Shown here one piece after another: positions 1 through 9,573 of a stretch of 64,000 bases of DNA (the first letter of the stretch is position 1; each line of letters begins with the position of its first letter). Below the pieces are notes generated by a model that had not been told where the DNA came from, ran no database searches, and saw nothing but the letters and a program-made list of their open reading frames with translations. The DNA is from Candidatus Poribacteria bacterium (GTDB taxonomy: Bacteria; Poribacteria; WGA-4E; WGA-3G): the NCBI GenBank assembly GCA_965205025.1, contig CBDBFU010000007.1, positions 166,705 to 230,704 of the forward strand, read 5' to 3'. A program made the position numbers and the translations under genes.

Positions 1-20
1 TAAACCTATCTTACAATATA

Positions 21-48
21 ATAGGTTCAGTCTTTAAACCGAACCTAT
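21..48. repeat. REP-like hairpin (GGTTCGGT...ACCGAACC family, degenerate)
   Basis: ATAGGTTCAGT-ctttaa-ACCGAACCTAT inverted repeat, similar to copies at 49703 and 59136. Confidence 0.6.
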
Positions 49-286
49 GGCAAAGCAAAAACATATATTTAGATTTAACTACAATATTATGTCACAATAA
101 CAAGAAAATATTAAAATAGTTATGGATACCGCGTCTACGTGTGACGCTGAGGGATTTTATTACGTGTTTTGCTTTTAATTAACTATCTGTACAAGTAATA
201 GTATACCTTAAAATCGTCCAATCGTCAAGTATTTTCTTGACTTAAAAGCCGATAAACACGCATTGTTATAGGGTTTACAGGTGATC

Positions 287-1897
287 TTAATATCCAACTG
301 CACATCCATCACGTCGCGGATCAGATCCAGCAATCAATGTATCAAATAGTGGATTAATGAAGATTGCTTGCCCTCCACCGAAAAATGTCCTACCTGGAAC
401 GATATGATGTCCTTTTTGGGCTAATTCTGCCTGTGTATTCATCGGAATACCTATCTCTAACATTATTCTTGCACCATCTATAACACGGAACCGTGGGGCA
501 TCTAAAGCAGATTGAACATCCATGTTAAAATCAACCAGATTAGAGACAAATTGCAGATGACCTTGGGGCTGCATCTGTCCACCCATTACACCAAAACTTA
601 CCAACGGTATTTCGTTGTGGAATATCATGCCTGGAATAATGGTATGAAGAGTACGTTTATGCGGGGCAATGCAGTTTGCATGGGTTGGATTAAGAGAAAA
701 ACCTGCTCCCCGATTCTGTAGCATAATTCCTGTATCACCTGCGACTAAACCTGATCCAAATCCAGCAAAAATGCTATTAATAAAAGAAACTACGTTTCGA
801 TCTTTATCAACAACAGAAAGATAAACAGTATCACTTCCACCAGGAGAAACACCGGGGTTCGGATCTATGTTTGCCCGTTCAGATGAAATGCGATCTCGTT
901 GTTTCTCTGTGTATTCACTGGAAAGTAGTTCTGTAACTGGTATATCCACAAATGTTGGATCGGTGACATTTTCATATAGATCTGCGAAAGCAAGTTTCAT
1001 TGCTTCAATAGCATAATGTAAATGCTCAGGGGAATTATGACCCATTTCTCTAATATCGTATCCTTCAACGATATTCAGTGCAAGGAGTGCTGCAAGACCT
1101 TGACCATTTGGTGGTATTTCATAGATGTCATATCCACGGTAATTTGTAGAGATAGGTTCAACCCAATCTGATTTATGGTCTGCAAAATCCTGTAATGTGA
1201 ACAAACCATCGTTTTCGTTAGAGAATTGGACTATTTTCTCCGCTATTTCTCCATGATAAAAGGCATCCCGTCCACCTTCAGCAATTAATCGAAAAGTCTT
1301 GGCAATGTTTGGTTGCTTGTATATTTCACCAGGTAATGGTGCTTTTCCATTTGACAGGTAAGTTCTTGCTGTATCTGGATGTTGGGATAGCATTCCAGCA
1401 CTATCTTGCCAAGATAGGCTGATTTGAGGACTGACTGGAAATCCGTTTTCTGCGTAATCAATGGCAGGTTGTAATACTTCTGCCAACGGCATCGTACCAC
1501 ATTCATCAATCAGTGTTGACCATCCATCAATTGTACCCGGAACGGTTACAGAATACATATTTCCTGTAGAAGGGATATGTGTTATTCCTTTCTTCTTAAA
1601 GAAGTCTAATTCCGCGGCGTATGGTGATCTTCCACTTGCATTCAAACCCCGAAGACGTTTCTCTTTCGGGAGATAAACCAACATGAAGGCATCCCCACCG
1701 ATTCCTGTTGACATGGGTTCGACGACATTGAGAATTGCAGCGGTTGCAACGGCTGCATCCACAGCGTTACCACCATCCCGTAAGATTTGCAATCCTCCTT
1801 GTGCAGCAAGGGGTTGACTTGTTGCTACTGCACCGTGTTTGCAAATTACAGCAGAACGTCCGTGTCCAAATTGATTAGGTCGATAGTCATCAAACAT
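287..1897 (-). CDS. ggt: Gamma-glutamyltransferase
   Basis: GGNAVDAAVA, PPNGQG, catalytic Thr in DTVYLSVVD, GVMGG, GSDPRRDG motifs; AGGAGAGG RBS. Confidence 0.95.
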   Translation of the reverse strand: MFDDYRPNQFGHGRSAVICKHGAVATSQPLAAQGGLQILRDGGNAVDAAVATAAILNVVEPMSTGIGGDAFMLVYLPKEKRLRGLNASGRSPYAAELDFFKKKGITHIPSTGNMYSVTVPGTIDGWSTLIDECGTMPLAEVLQPAIDYAENGFPVSPQISLSWQDSAGMLSQHPDTARTYLSNGKAPLPGEIYKQPNIAKTFRLIAEGGRDAFYHGEIAEKIVQFSNENDGLFTLQDFADHKSDWVEPISTNYRGYDIYEIPPNGQGLAALLALNIVEGYDIREMGHNSPEHLHYAIEAMKLAFADLYENVTDPTFVDIPVTELLSSEYTEKQRDRISSERANIDPNPGVSPGGSDTVYLSVVDKDRNVVSFINSIFAGFGSGLVAGDTGIMLQNRGAGFSLNPTHANCIAPHKRTLHTIIPGMIFHNEIPLVSFGVMGGQMQPQGHLQFVSNLVDFNMDVQSALDAPRFRVIDGARIMLEIGIPMNTQAELAQKGHHIVPGRTFFGGGQAIFINPLFDTLIAGSDPRRDGCAVGY

Positions 1898-2030
1898 CCT
1901 CTCCTCCTATTTCCAGACTGTTTCCACTATATCACAGCACCATAGTGCTGTCAATTGAAGGGTATGTAAATCCAGGGTTATTTAGTTTTCGGTTTTCTGG
2001 TGTATTTTACCACAGTTGTTAATTATCTAT

Positions 2031-2070
2031 AAAAAAGCAGATATGGTGTGGCTTTTCACACCATATCTGC
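2031..2070 (-). terminator. Intrinsic terminator
   Basis: 14-bp perfect stem GCAGATATGGTGTG/CACACCATATCTGC with A6 on + strand (U tract on -), downstream of the TPR gene. Confidence 0.75.
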
Positions 2071-2368
2071 AATGCTTCACCTTAAAACAAACCTTTTTTG
2101 AGGTGAATAATGACAAAAAGAAAATCTTGCCACTTGATAGATATGTTTGCAGAAGTTTTTGACCCACGCAACATTAAAGGAAACGACACTCGTTGAAGTC
2201 AATCATCAGTCTCCTCGTTCTTGGATTTATGTGTGGACATAAAGGATATACATCCATAGCAACTTGGGCACGACCACAAAAAGAACTCGGTTTTACATAA
2301 GAATACACCTTGTGCTGGCACCCTTCACAATGTTTTGAAAATGTTAGATGTGGTTGCTGTAGAAGTGG

Positions 2369-3256
2369 TTATTCTTCTTTTTCAAGACTTTCGATCACTT
2401 TTTGTGTTTTTTCCGAATAGTAAATCTCTTGTGAGTGTTTGTAAAACGCTAAAGCTTTCTCTTTATCTCCTAACTTAGCGTAGGCTTTTCCCATCGTACG
2501 ATAGACGCTCCCATATGAACCGGTAGGTTCTAACGCTATGGATCTCTTGAGAAAACCGATTGCTTCCTCATAATCGGGGCGGTTTTCGGCTTGTAAAACA
2601 AGATGCAAGCCTAACTGATAAAGAACTTCTGCGGAATTCGGGTTCAATTCAACGAGGCGACGGAATCCGTATTCTACTTTTTCTGAGTCTAATCCCATAT
2701 GACTTACCGACCACACATAAATCGTCTGGTAGTCATCGGGTTCTTTGTCAAGTGCCTTCTGTGCGTATTCTATTGCGTATACCTCATCATACCATCTAAA
2801 CAGCTCACGCCCATGATCCAGAAGATATTTTGCCATGTCTAAATCGGAAAGTACTTCGGCAAGAATGTTGAGTTTCCTACGATAGACTTCTTCTACTTCT
2901 TCTGCTATCGGTTCTTGTATATCTTTCAGTTTCTGTTGTATTTGCTGTGGGAGTAAAGGATATGAATACGCTATACCATCGGACGTAAGACGCATTTGAT
3001 ATTTAATATCGGGTATATAGAAGTATGGGTCTCCCTTATAGCTGTCAGGTGTTTTGGGGACAATGATTTTCGGTTGTGATGTTGGCATCGTCCGTTCGAC
3101 TGTGTCATTTAACAATGTATCTTTACTGTTTACTGTTGTTTTATCAACAGGTATGGTGGTCTGGTGTGTGGTTTTCTGGGCACATCCTAAACAACACGTA
3201 AGTAAAATCGCAACCCATGCAAGTAGGTAAGCGGTCATTTCAACCTGTAGTTTCAT
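2369..3256 (-). CDS. TPR-repeat protein, probable lipoprotein
   Basis: Hydrophobic N-terminus ending CLGC; C-terminal TPR-like helices (AEVLYQLG, VYRTMGKAYAKLGDKEKAL). Confidence 0.8.
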   Translation of the reverse strand: MKLQVEMTAYLLAWVAILLTCCLGCAQKTTHQTTIPVDKTTVNSKDTLLNDTVERTMPTSQPKIIVPKTPDSYKGDPYFYIPDIKYQMRLTSDGIAYSYPLLPQQIQQKLKDIQEPIAEEVEEVYRRKLNILAEVLSDLDMAKYLLDHGRELFRWYDEVYAIEYAQKALDKEPDDYQTIYVWSVSHMGLDSEKVEYGFRRLVELNPNSAEVLYQLGLHLVLQAENRPDYEEAIGFLKRSIALEPTGSYGSVYRTMGKAYAKLGDKEKALAFYKHSQEIYYSEKTQKVIESLEKEE

Positions 3257-3451
3257 TGTGTCACCTCATTGAGATAGCGTTTTTTTCATGCTAAAGATTA
3301 CCTCTTAAATTGTCAACTGTTGTGCAAGAATCTGACGTCTGCTGATAAGTATAAGAATCCGTGTTCGGTATGTGCTATCAATTTATACTCAATAAAAAAT
3401 TAACCACCCATCTTATCAATAACTCTAAGATTGTCGGTTGTCGAATGCCCT

Positions 3452-5389
3452 TTATGTTTTATCCAGCTCTGGTATTCGAGAAAGATCCCATATATACATA
3501 ATGCCATTGCGATCGATTGTAGATAAAATCGATCCATCCGGTGAAAACACAATTGATTCTACTCTGTCTGTATGCCCTTCTAAAGTATGTTTATACTGAC
3601 TTGTTTTTGCATCCCATAGCAATATGTGGCCGCCAATCGAAGTAGCGATTGTATTTCCATCTGGAGAATAGGCTATAGAAAGCGTCTGACCGCGGGATCC
3701 CTTAATATTTCTTCTCATTTTACCTGTATTTACATTCCACAATCGTATCGTATCCCCATACCATGTGCCTGTTGCGATTGTATTACCGTCTGGAGAAAAA
3801 GCGACTGAGCATACCATTTCTGTATGCCCTAACAACGTAGTCTTATGTTTTCCTGTATTTAGATCCCACAGCCTAACGGATTTGTCTTTACTTCCACTGG
3901 CGATTGTGTTTCCATCTGGAGAGATCGCGATTGAATAGATTAAGTCAGTATGTCCTTCAAATTTCCTTATGAGTTTCCTACTGACAGCGTTCCACAATCG
4001 GACTTCGTTTTCATTGATTGAACCTGCTATCATTTCTCCATCAGGTGAAAACACAACAGAAGTAACGTAATCACGACGATAAATATGTCTAGTGCTGTTA
4101 GCTGAAGATGTCCGAGAATCAAACTTCGATTCAAGTTCACTATATAGGCGAGAATCAACGTCCCAAGAATGTGCTCTACCATCCGAACTTCCTGCAACAA
4201 TCTTTGTCCCATCGGGTGAATACGCTACAGAGTGGATACTGTCAGTATGTCCATTCAAGGAAAAAATGTGTTTCTTGGATGTAATATGCCATAGATGTAC
4301 ACCATCCTGATTACCCACAGCGATTATGGTCCCATCTGGTGAAAAGGTTATGCAATTTGCAAAGCGCTTATGTCCAGTCAGGAGTGGTGTTTTATTGAGG
4401 AATATCCAGGCAGAATCATGATTAGATTCAGCTAAACGGGTCTCACATTGGTAAACAACTCCATTATACCGTTCAATTGCGATTGTCTTACCATCTGCTG
4501 AATATGCAAATGAATTACAGTTGTTTGTTTTTCCTTTTATGGAAAAGGTAGAAGAATTAGGATCTTTACCCCAGAAGATGATTCCATCATAGCCTTTGGT
4601 TGCGATTGTATTTCCATCAGGTGAATACTCCACAAAAGTAACATAATTTTTATGACCTTTTAAGGTTTGTATAGGGGCACCAGTCTTTGCATTCCACAAA
4701 CGGACCGTGTTGTCTAAACTTGTAGATACAATAGTTAGACTATCAGGAGAAAAGGTGGCTGATGTCACCCATTTTTCATGTCCGGTCAGAACCCTAATGG
4801 ATTGTCTTGTAGAAATACCCCATATTCGTATTGTTTTATCCTCACTTGCTGTTGCGATCGTATTTCCATCGGGTGAAAATGCTATTGAAGAAACGACAGA
4901 TGTATGTCCTATGTATTGTGCGATCAGTCCTCTTGTTTGAATATCCCACAAATCAACGGGTCCATTATTGCCTCCGGCAGCAATTTTGGTTCCATCAGGT
5001 GAAATAGCAATGGAACGAACACCATTGATCTTTATCGTTGCCTTAAGGTATCCTTTGGCAGCATCCCATAGACGCACTCCATCTGAGCTACCACTAACAA
5101 TTGTCTTGCTATCTGGTGAAAATACAATGGCTTCTGTCCGAATTTCTGTTAGCAGATTGAGTTCGTCTCCAGTCTGTGTATCATAAACCCATACACCAAT
5201 AGGAGTGGTAATAGCGAGGAGATTACCATCGGGCGAATACTTCATCTGTTTGGTTCTTCCCTTACCGAAACGTGCAATGGCATTTTCAGGCAAATTTGAT
5301 TGTGATGCGTCATGAGCCACTGCAAATGTAGGTAAGAGAAATGACAGGGTTACACAAAATGTGAGGATAAAGTAAATCTTATTTTTCAT
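3452..5389 (-). CDS. Secreted WD40-repeat beta-propeller protein
   Basis: Signal peptide, LPENAIARFGKG start, many GHT..V.S..FSPDG..IASGS.D..VRLWD repeats. Confidence 0.93.
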   Translation of the reverse strand: MKNKIYFILTFCVTLSFLLPTFAVAHDASQSNLPENAIARFGKGRTKQMKYSPDGNLLAITTPIGVWVYDTQTGDELNLLTEIRTEAIVFSPDSKTIVSGSSDGVRLWDAAKGYLKATIKINGVRSIAISPDGTKIAAGGNNGPVDLWDIQTRGLIAQYIGHTSVVSSIAFSPDGNTIATASEDKTIRIWGISTRQSIRVLTGHEKWVTSATFSPDSLTIVSTSLDNTVRLWNAKTGAPIQTLKGHKNYVTFVEYSPDGNTIATKGYDGIIFWGKDPNSSTFSIKGKTNNCNSFAYSADGKTIAIERYNGVVYQCETRLAESNHDSAWIFLNKTPLLTGHKRFANCITFSPDGTIIAVGNQDGVHLWHITSKKHIFSLNGHTDSIHSVAYSPDGTKIVAGSSDGRAHSWDVDSRLYSELESKFDSRTSSANSTRHIYRRDYVTSVVFSPDGEMIAGSINENEVRLWNAVSRKLIRKFEGHTDLIYSIAISPDGNTIASGSKDKSVRLWDLNTGKHKTTLLGHTEMVCSVAFSPDGNTIATGTWYGDTIRLWNVNTGKMRRNIKGSRGQTLSIAYSPDGNTIATSIGGHILLWDAKTSQYKHTLEGHTDRVESIVFSPDGSILSTIDRNGIMYIWDLSRIPELDKT

Positions 5390-5560
5390 ATAAATTACTC
5401 CAAGTATATCTGAATAGAGAAGCTGATATTTCTTAGAATGGTGTTTAACCTATTAACAATATTGGTGCGACGCGTCGGTAATAGACACACATTGTAAAGT
5501 TTTTGGAGTTCTCCTCAAGTGTTTCAGAACTATCCGTTGAGATTAAATTACCAAGTGAAA

Positions 5561-6400
5561 TTATGTGGTGTTATTCTCCAGTGAATACTCTCTGTTTCCA
5601 CCAGGACCACCGCCAATTGCCCATGTCCCACGGAATAGGGATTGTCGTCTTGTCGGCATTGTCTCAATTATTTCATGACTTAGATTCAATCGATGCCACT
5701 GTGCCCAAATTGAGTTGTAACAATTAAAGACAGCACAGCGCGGATTGTCCGTGTTTGTCCAATCATTTGCAGCATGCACAAGGCTTTCTGTGAAAATCAC
5801 AACTGAACCCGGTGGACAACTGTAATCCTCCATTACATCTCGCATGTTCTGTTCCCAAGGAGATTCACCGATATTCGGTCGATACGGATCTGGACCACCG
5901 TAGTTGAAATGTGCTTTATGAGAGCCACTGAGAAAAGATGTACCACCCTGTCCAGATTTCACTTCCTCAAGTTCCCACACAACACGAGTGAGTCCTGCAA
6001 AGATTTTCCCACCTGCAACCTGATAGCGCATTGCATTTGCTTGTTGGGGAGGTCGCACCACGTGTGGTAAGCCATTATCTCCACGTTGGGACACATTCCA
6101 ACCCGGTTCTCTGACAGTGGTAAAAGATCCTTCACATCGAAAGCCATAACAATCTTGATGTACAAATGGGTCTTCTGACAGGATTTCGTTGAGAATTCCA
6201 ACTATCGCTGGATGATCAAGCAATTTCTGTAATGTTCCTTGATAACTCTGTCTTGCCCCGTCATATACTTCTCCTTTCATTTCTTCAATTTCTGAATCAG
6301 ACAAGATAGATGGCAACAAAATCCAACCACGTAAATCAAAGAAGAATTTCTGTTCAGGTGTCATAGGTATAGCTTCAACAATTTTTGCTTCTTCTGACAT
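5561..6400 (-). CDS. PhyH-like Fe(II)/2-oxoglutarate oxygenase (paralog 2)
   Basis: FFFDLRGW, GGT.FLSGSHK, PPGSVVIFTESLVH, PR motifs; closely similar to 6480..7340. Confidence 0.85.
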   Translation of the reverse strand: MSEEAKIVEAIPMTPEQKFFFDLRGWILLPSILSDSEIEEMKGEVYDGARQSYQGTLQKLLDHPAIVGILNEILSEDPFVHQDCYGFRCEGSFTTVREPGWNVSQRGDNGLPHVVRPPQQANAMRYQVAGGKIFAGLTRVVWELEEVKSGQGGTSFLSGSHKAHFNYGGPDPYRPNIGESPWEQNMRDVMEDYSCPPGSVVIFTESLVHAANDWTNTDNPRCAVFNCYNSIWAQWHRLNLSHEIIETMPTRRQSLFRGTWAIGGGPGGNREYSLENNTT

Positions 6401-6479
6401 GCATAACTCCTTAATAGATATTACTTAAAATCTGAAATGGATAGCAAAGTAAAGAATTCAATACGGAAATTTACTCAAA

Positions 6480-7340
6480 TTATGTGGTGTTATTCTCTAA
6501 AGAATATCTCCTGTTCCCACCAGGACCACCACCGATTGCCCACGTTCCACGGAATAGGGATTGACGTTTCTGTGGCATTGCTTCTATTATGTCATGACTT
6601 AGATTCAACCGATACCATTGTGCCCAAACTGAATTGTAACAATTAAAGACAGCACACCGTGGATTGTCTGGGTTCGTCCAGTCGTTCGTAGCGTGGATTA
6701 GACTCTCAGTAAAGACAATTGCAGACCCAGGTGGACAACTATAATCCTCCATCATGTCTCGTATGTTATCCTCCCAAGGCGATTCACTGATATTCGGACG
6801 ATTCGGGTCAGGTCCACCATAGTTGAAATGTGCCTTATGCGAACCAGTGAGAAAAGTGGTTCCACCCTGTCCAGATTTTACCTCTTCAAGTTCCCATACT
6901 ACACGTGTAAGTCCAGCAAATATCTTTCCTCCAGCAACCTGATATCGCATCGCATTAGCTTGCTGCGGTGGACGAACAACGTGTGGCACCGTTGTACCTC
7001 TTCCGTATGAAAGATTCCAACCAGGTTGTCTAACAGTTGTAAACGAATTTTCACATCGAAATCCATAGCAATCTTCAAAGATAAATCGTTCGTCAGCAAC
7101 GATTTCGTTTAGAATCCCTACAATCTCAGGATGATCAAGTAAGTTCTGGAGCGCACCTTGATAACTATGTTTAGCACCGGCATACACTTCCGCTTTTAGC
7201 TCCTCGATTTCTGATTCAGACAAAACTGATGGTAATAGAATCCAACCACGGAGATCAAAGAAGAACTTTTGCTCCGGTGTCATCAACTTTTCCTCTGGAC
7301 CTAACGGCATTGGTTCATGAGAATGACGTATTTCTTGCAT
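6480..7340 (-). CDS. PhyH-like Fe(II)/2-oxoglutarate oxygenase (paralog 1)
   Basis: Same motifs as its neighbour; tandem duplicate. Confidence 0.85.
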   Translation of the reverse strand: MQEIRHSHEPMPLGPEEKLMTPEQKFFFDLRGWILLPSVLSESEIEELKAEVYAGAKHSYQGALQNLLDHPEIVGILNEIVADERFIFEDCYGFRCENSFTTVRQPGWNLSYGRGTTVPHVVRPPQQANAMRYQVAGGKIFAGLTRVVWELEEVKSGQGGTTFLTGSHKAHFNYGGPDPNRPNISESPWEDNIRDMMEDYSCPPGSAIVFTESLIHATNDWTNPDNPRCAVFNCYNSVWAQWYRLNLSHDIIEAMPQKRQSLFRGTWAIGGGPGGNRRYSLENNTT

Positions 7341-7378
7341 TATATGATCCTTATGGTAAACTCACTGTATTCCTACAA

Positions 7379-9130
7379 CTATTTTAACGCCTGTTTCAAC
7401 CCAGGTAAGAAATAATCTTTCACAACGACTTCCCAACTCATTCGAGAGGCAATGTCATAACCTTCCTTTATCATTTCCTCAATGTCACGCGGCTTCCGCG
7501 GTAATCGACCAAGAAGTTTCGCTGCAATATCACGACTATTCTCTACTTCTATATTCGTACGTTCTGTCAATCCAATATGCAGAACGTCTTCTAATGACTT
7601 TGGAGCACCATTAACATTGGTATAATCAGCAATCACAACATTGGGAACTTCTCTATTATCAGTAGCACGTTGTATGAAACCACAGCATCCACATACATTA
7701 CTCACAATACAGATTGCCCCAAAACTAAGAGGTTCCACTTGGGCAATACCAAAGGGTTCATAAATAGACTGTCCAAATTCGGCATCACTCCCCTTACGGA
7801 TGTCCATAAATTCCATCTCAATTGGCATACGAGTTCCACAGGAAGCCTGACTCCACCCGAACTGGTTAACAAATACTACCTTTATTGCTTTTGATTGTAG
7901 ATTAAAAGCAGACACGCCATTATTCAACTCAATTTCTGCACCAACCAGATCCGGATAACCGATCTTGTGATATACTGGCCAACCGTATTCACGCTCCATT
8001 TCATGGATATTCTCATGTGGACGTCCAGTTGCAATTTCTGTCGACAAAATAAACAACACCGCTGTTTTACCATTAGATGCAAGTAGTGAGTCTAAATGGT
8101 GTAATACTTGTAAATCTCGCCAGAGACCTTTACTTTTAACAAGTCGAGTGACATGTGTAAAGACATAATCTGGACGATAGTCGAGGAGCGTTCGGGTATA
8201 TTTTTGTAGGCGGGATTTTGAAGCTAATTTCTCATCTAAACTCATTTCAAAGGCAGGAATTCCATTGTAAACAAGGTTAATTGGAAACGACTCAAATTGG
8301 GGGGCTAAAAAACGAAGTTCATCAACCACAAGGTCGCCAACAGCAAAGATCGTGTCGCAAAGATGCGCTTTATCGATCAAGGCATGCTTAAAATACCAAA
8401 ACGGATCACCAAATACATCACGGATTAACTTCCCTTGTGATTTTGCTTGTTCTAATGCATTGTAAAAACGCACATCATGACCAGGATGTCCTTCTACAAT
8501 AGGACGAATAGAAGCCACTTCATGAGCATAGAAGACAGTATGCATATTTGCTGCACCGTTATCGATCTCTCGTGCAAGCAGTGTTTTTAGAACGAGTGGC
8601 ATCCCCATAAATTCGTGTGAGATAACGTATATAGGTGCTTCAGAATGTTCATGTGTTAACACTTGTAAGGCTTCAAAAGCAGGTTCAGCAAGACGGACAT
8701 ATTCTTCAAATTCCCATTCACTATCGTAACGATTTGATTCTATTCCAAAGTGCTCATAGAGTTGCCATTTGAACTTATTTGTTAAGTCTTCACTACTGTT
8801 AGATACATTGACTAAGAGCACGTCTACAAGCGCAGAAACCTTCTGATCTTTACCTTCAAATTGGCGTTGTCCGTATATCAGTTCAACCTGATAGGTGTTT
8901 TCAATTTCACTAAGTGCCGTAGCATGAGGAGTGGTCGTTACACCATCGGATGCATGATAAAATACCGACTCCAATGCCCCTAAATCAGCACCAGAAAATA
9001 AAGGTCCCACAAGTAAAGTGCGTTCAACTGCTTCGGTATAACTGCGAGTCGTTAGCAGACCTTCTAATACTGCCCCGATTCCACCCATTTTTTGCATGGC
9101 TTCATGGGTAACATGGACAACAATACTCAA
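7379..9130 (-). CDS. GT-B glycosyltransferase resembling GT3-type glycogen synthase
   Basis: N-terminal E..KMGGI (KxGG) and SIYEPFGI motifs; divergent from glgP; TTG start after GAGGTG. Confidence 0.7.
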   Translation of the reverse strand: MSIVVHVTHEAMQKMGGIGAVLEGLLTTRSYTEAVERTLLVGPLFSGADLGALESVFYHASDGVTTTPHATALSEIENTYQVELIYGQRQFEGKDQKVSALVDVLLVNVSNSSEDLTNKFKWQLYEHFGIESNRYDSEWEFEEYVRLAEPAFEALQVLTHEHSEAPIYVISHEFMGMPLVLKTLLAREIDNGAANMHTVFYAHEVASIRPIVEGHPGHDVRFYNALEQAKSQGKLIRDVFGDPFWYFKHALIDKAHLCDTIFAVGDLVVDELRFLAPQFESFPINLVYNGIPAFEMSLDEKLASKSRLQKYTRTLLDYRPDYVFTHVTRLVKSKGLWRDLQVLHHLDSLLASNGKTAVLFILSTEIATGRPHENIHEMEREYGWPVYHKIGYPDLVGAEIELNNGVSAFNLQSKAIKVVFVNQFGWSQASCGTRMPIEMEFMDIRKGSDAEFGQSIYEPFGIAQVEPLSFGAICIVSNVCGCCGFIQRATDNREVPNVVIADYTNVNGAPKSLEDVLHIGLTERTNIEVENSRDIAAKLLGRLPRKPRDIEEMIKEGYDIASRMSWEVVVKDYFLPGLKQALK

Positions 9131-9342
9131 GATTTCACCTCGTGAATGAATAAGGTTTGAATGTGTTAAAATACCATGTGAATTAGAGTAGTGTCAAGTT
9201 ATTTTGATAGATATTCAGAATAGAGAATACAACGATTATATTCACATAAATAGTACTAATTACGCAACCTGTTTGTACTTGACACATGGCTATATTAGAA
9301 GTATAATTCACCTGAAGTACAAAGACGTTTTCAGAGGTGAAT

Positions 9343-9573
9343 ATGCTTGACGATATTGGAATAACAGCAGGTGAAATTTGGCACTTTTTAGAAGAACATG
9401 ATGAAGCATCCATCGGTAAGTTAAGAAAAGAACTAAATAAAACAGAACGGATGATACTCGCTGGTATTGGATGGTTAGCACGCGAAGGAAAACTTAGCAC
9501 TGTACAACGACAAAGAGCCACATATTTCATGCTGAATAATTCCTCCACTGCAAATGGAGGAAATAACCTGTAA
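9343..9573 (+). CDS. Small winged-helix protein (DUF2582-like)
   Basis: IG.TAGEIW..L and GIGWLAREGK motifs; stop overlaps glgP start (TAATG). Confidence 0.8.
   Translation: MLDDIGITAGEIWHFLEEHDEASIGKLRKELNKTERMILAGIGWLAREGKLSTVQRQRATYFMLNNSSTANGGNNL

Noticed and set aside
2174-2368. 65-codon in-frame extension (with CEGC) after the TPR gene stop
   Set aside because: No convincing start or RBS, TAA is a poor readthrough codon and no family is recognised; it may be a gene remnant but cannot be supported
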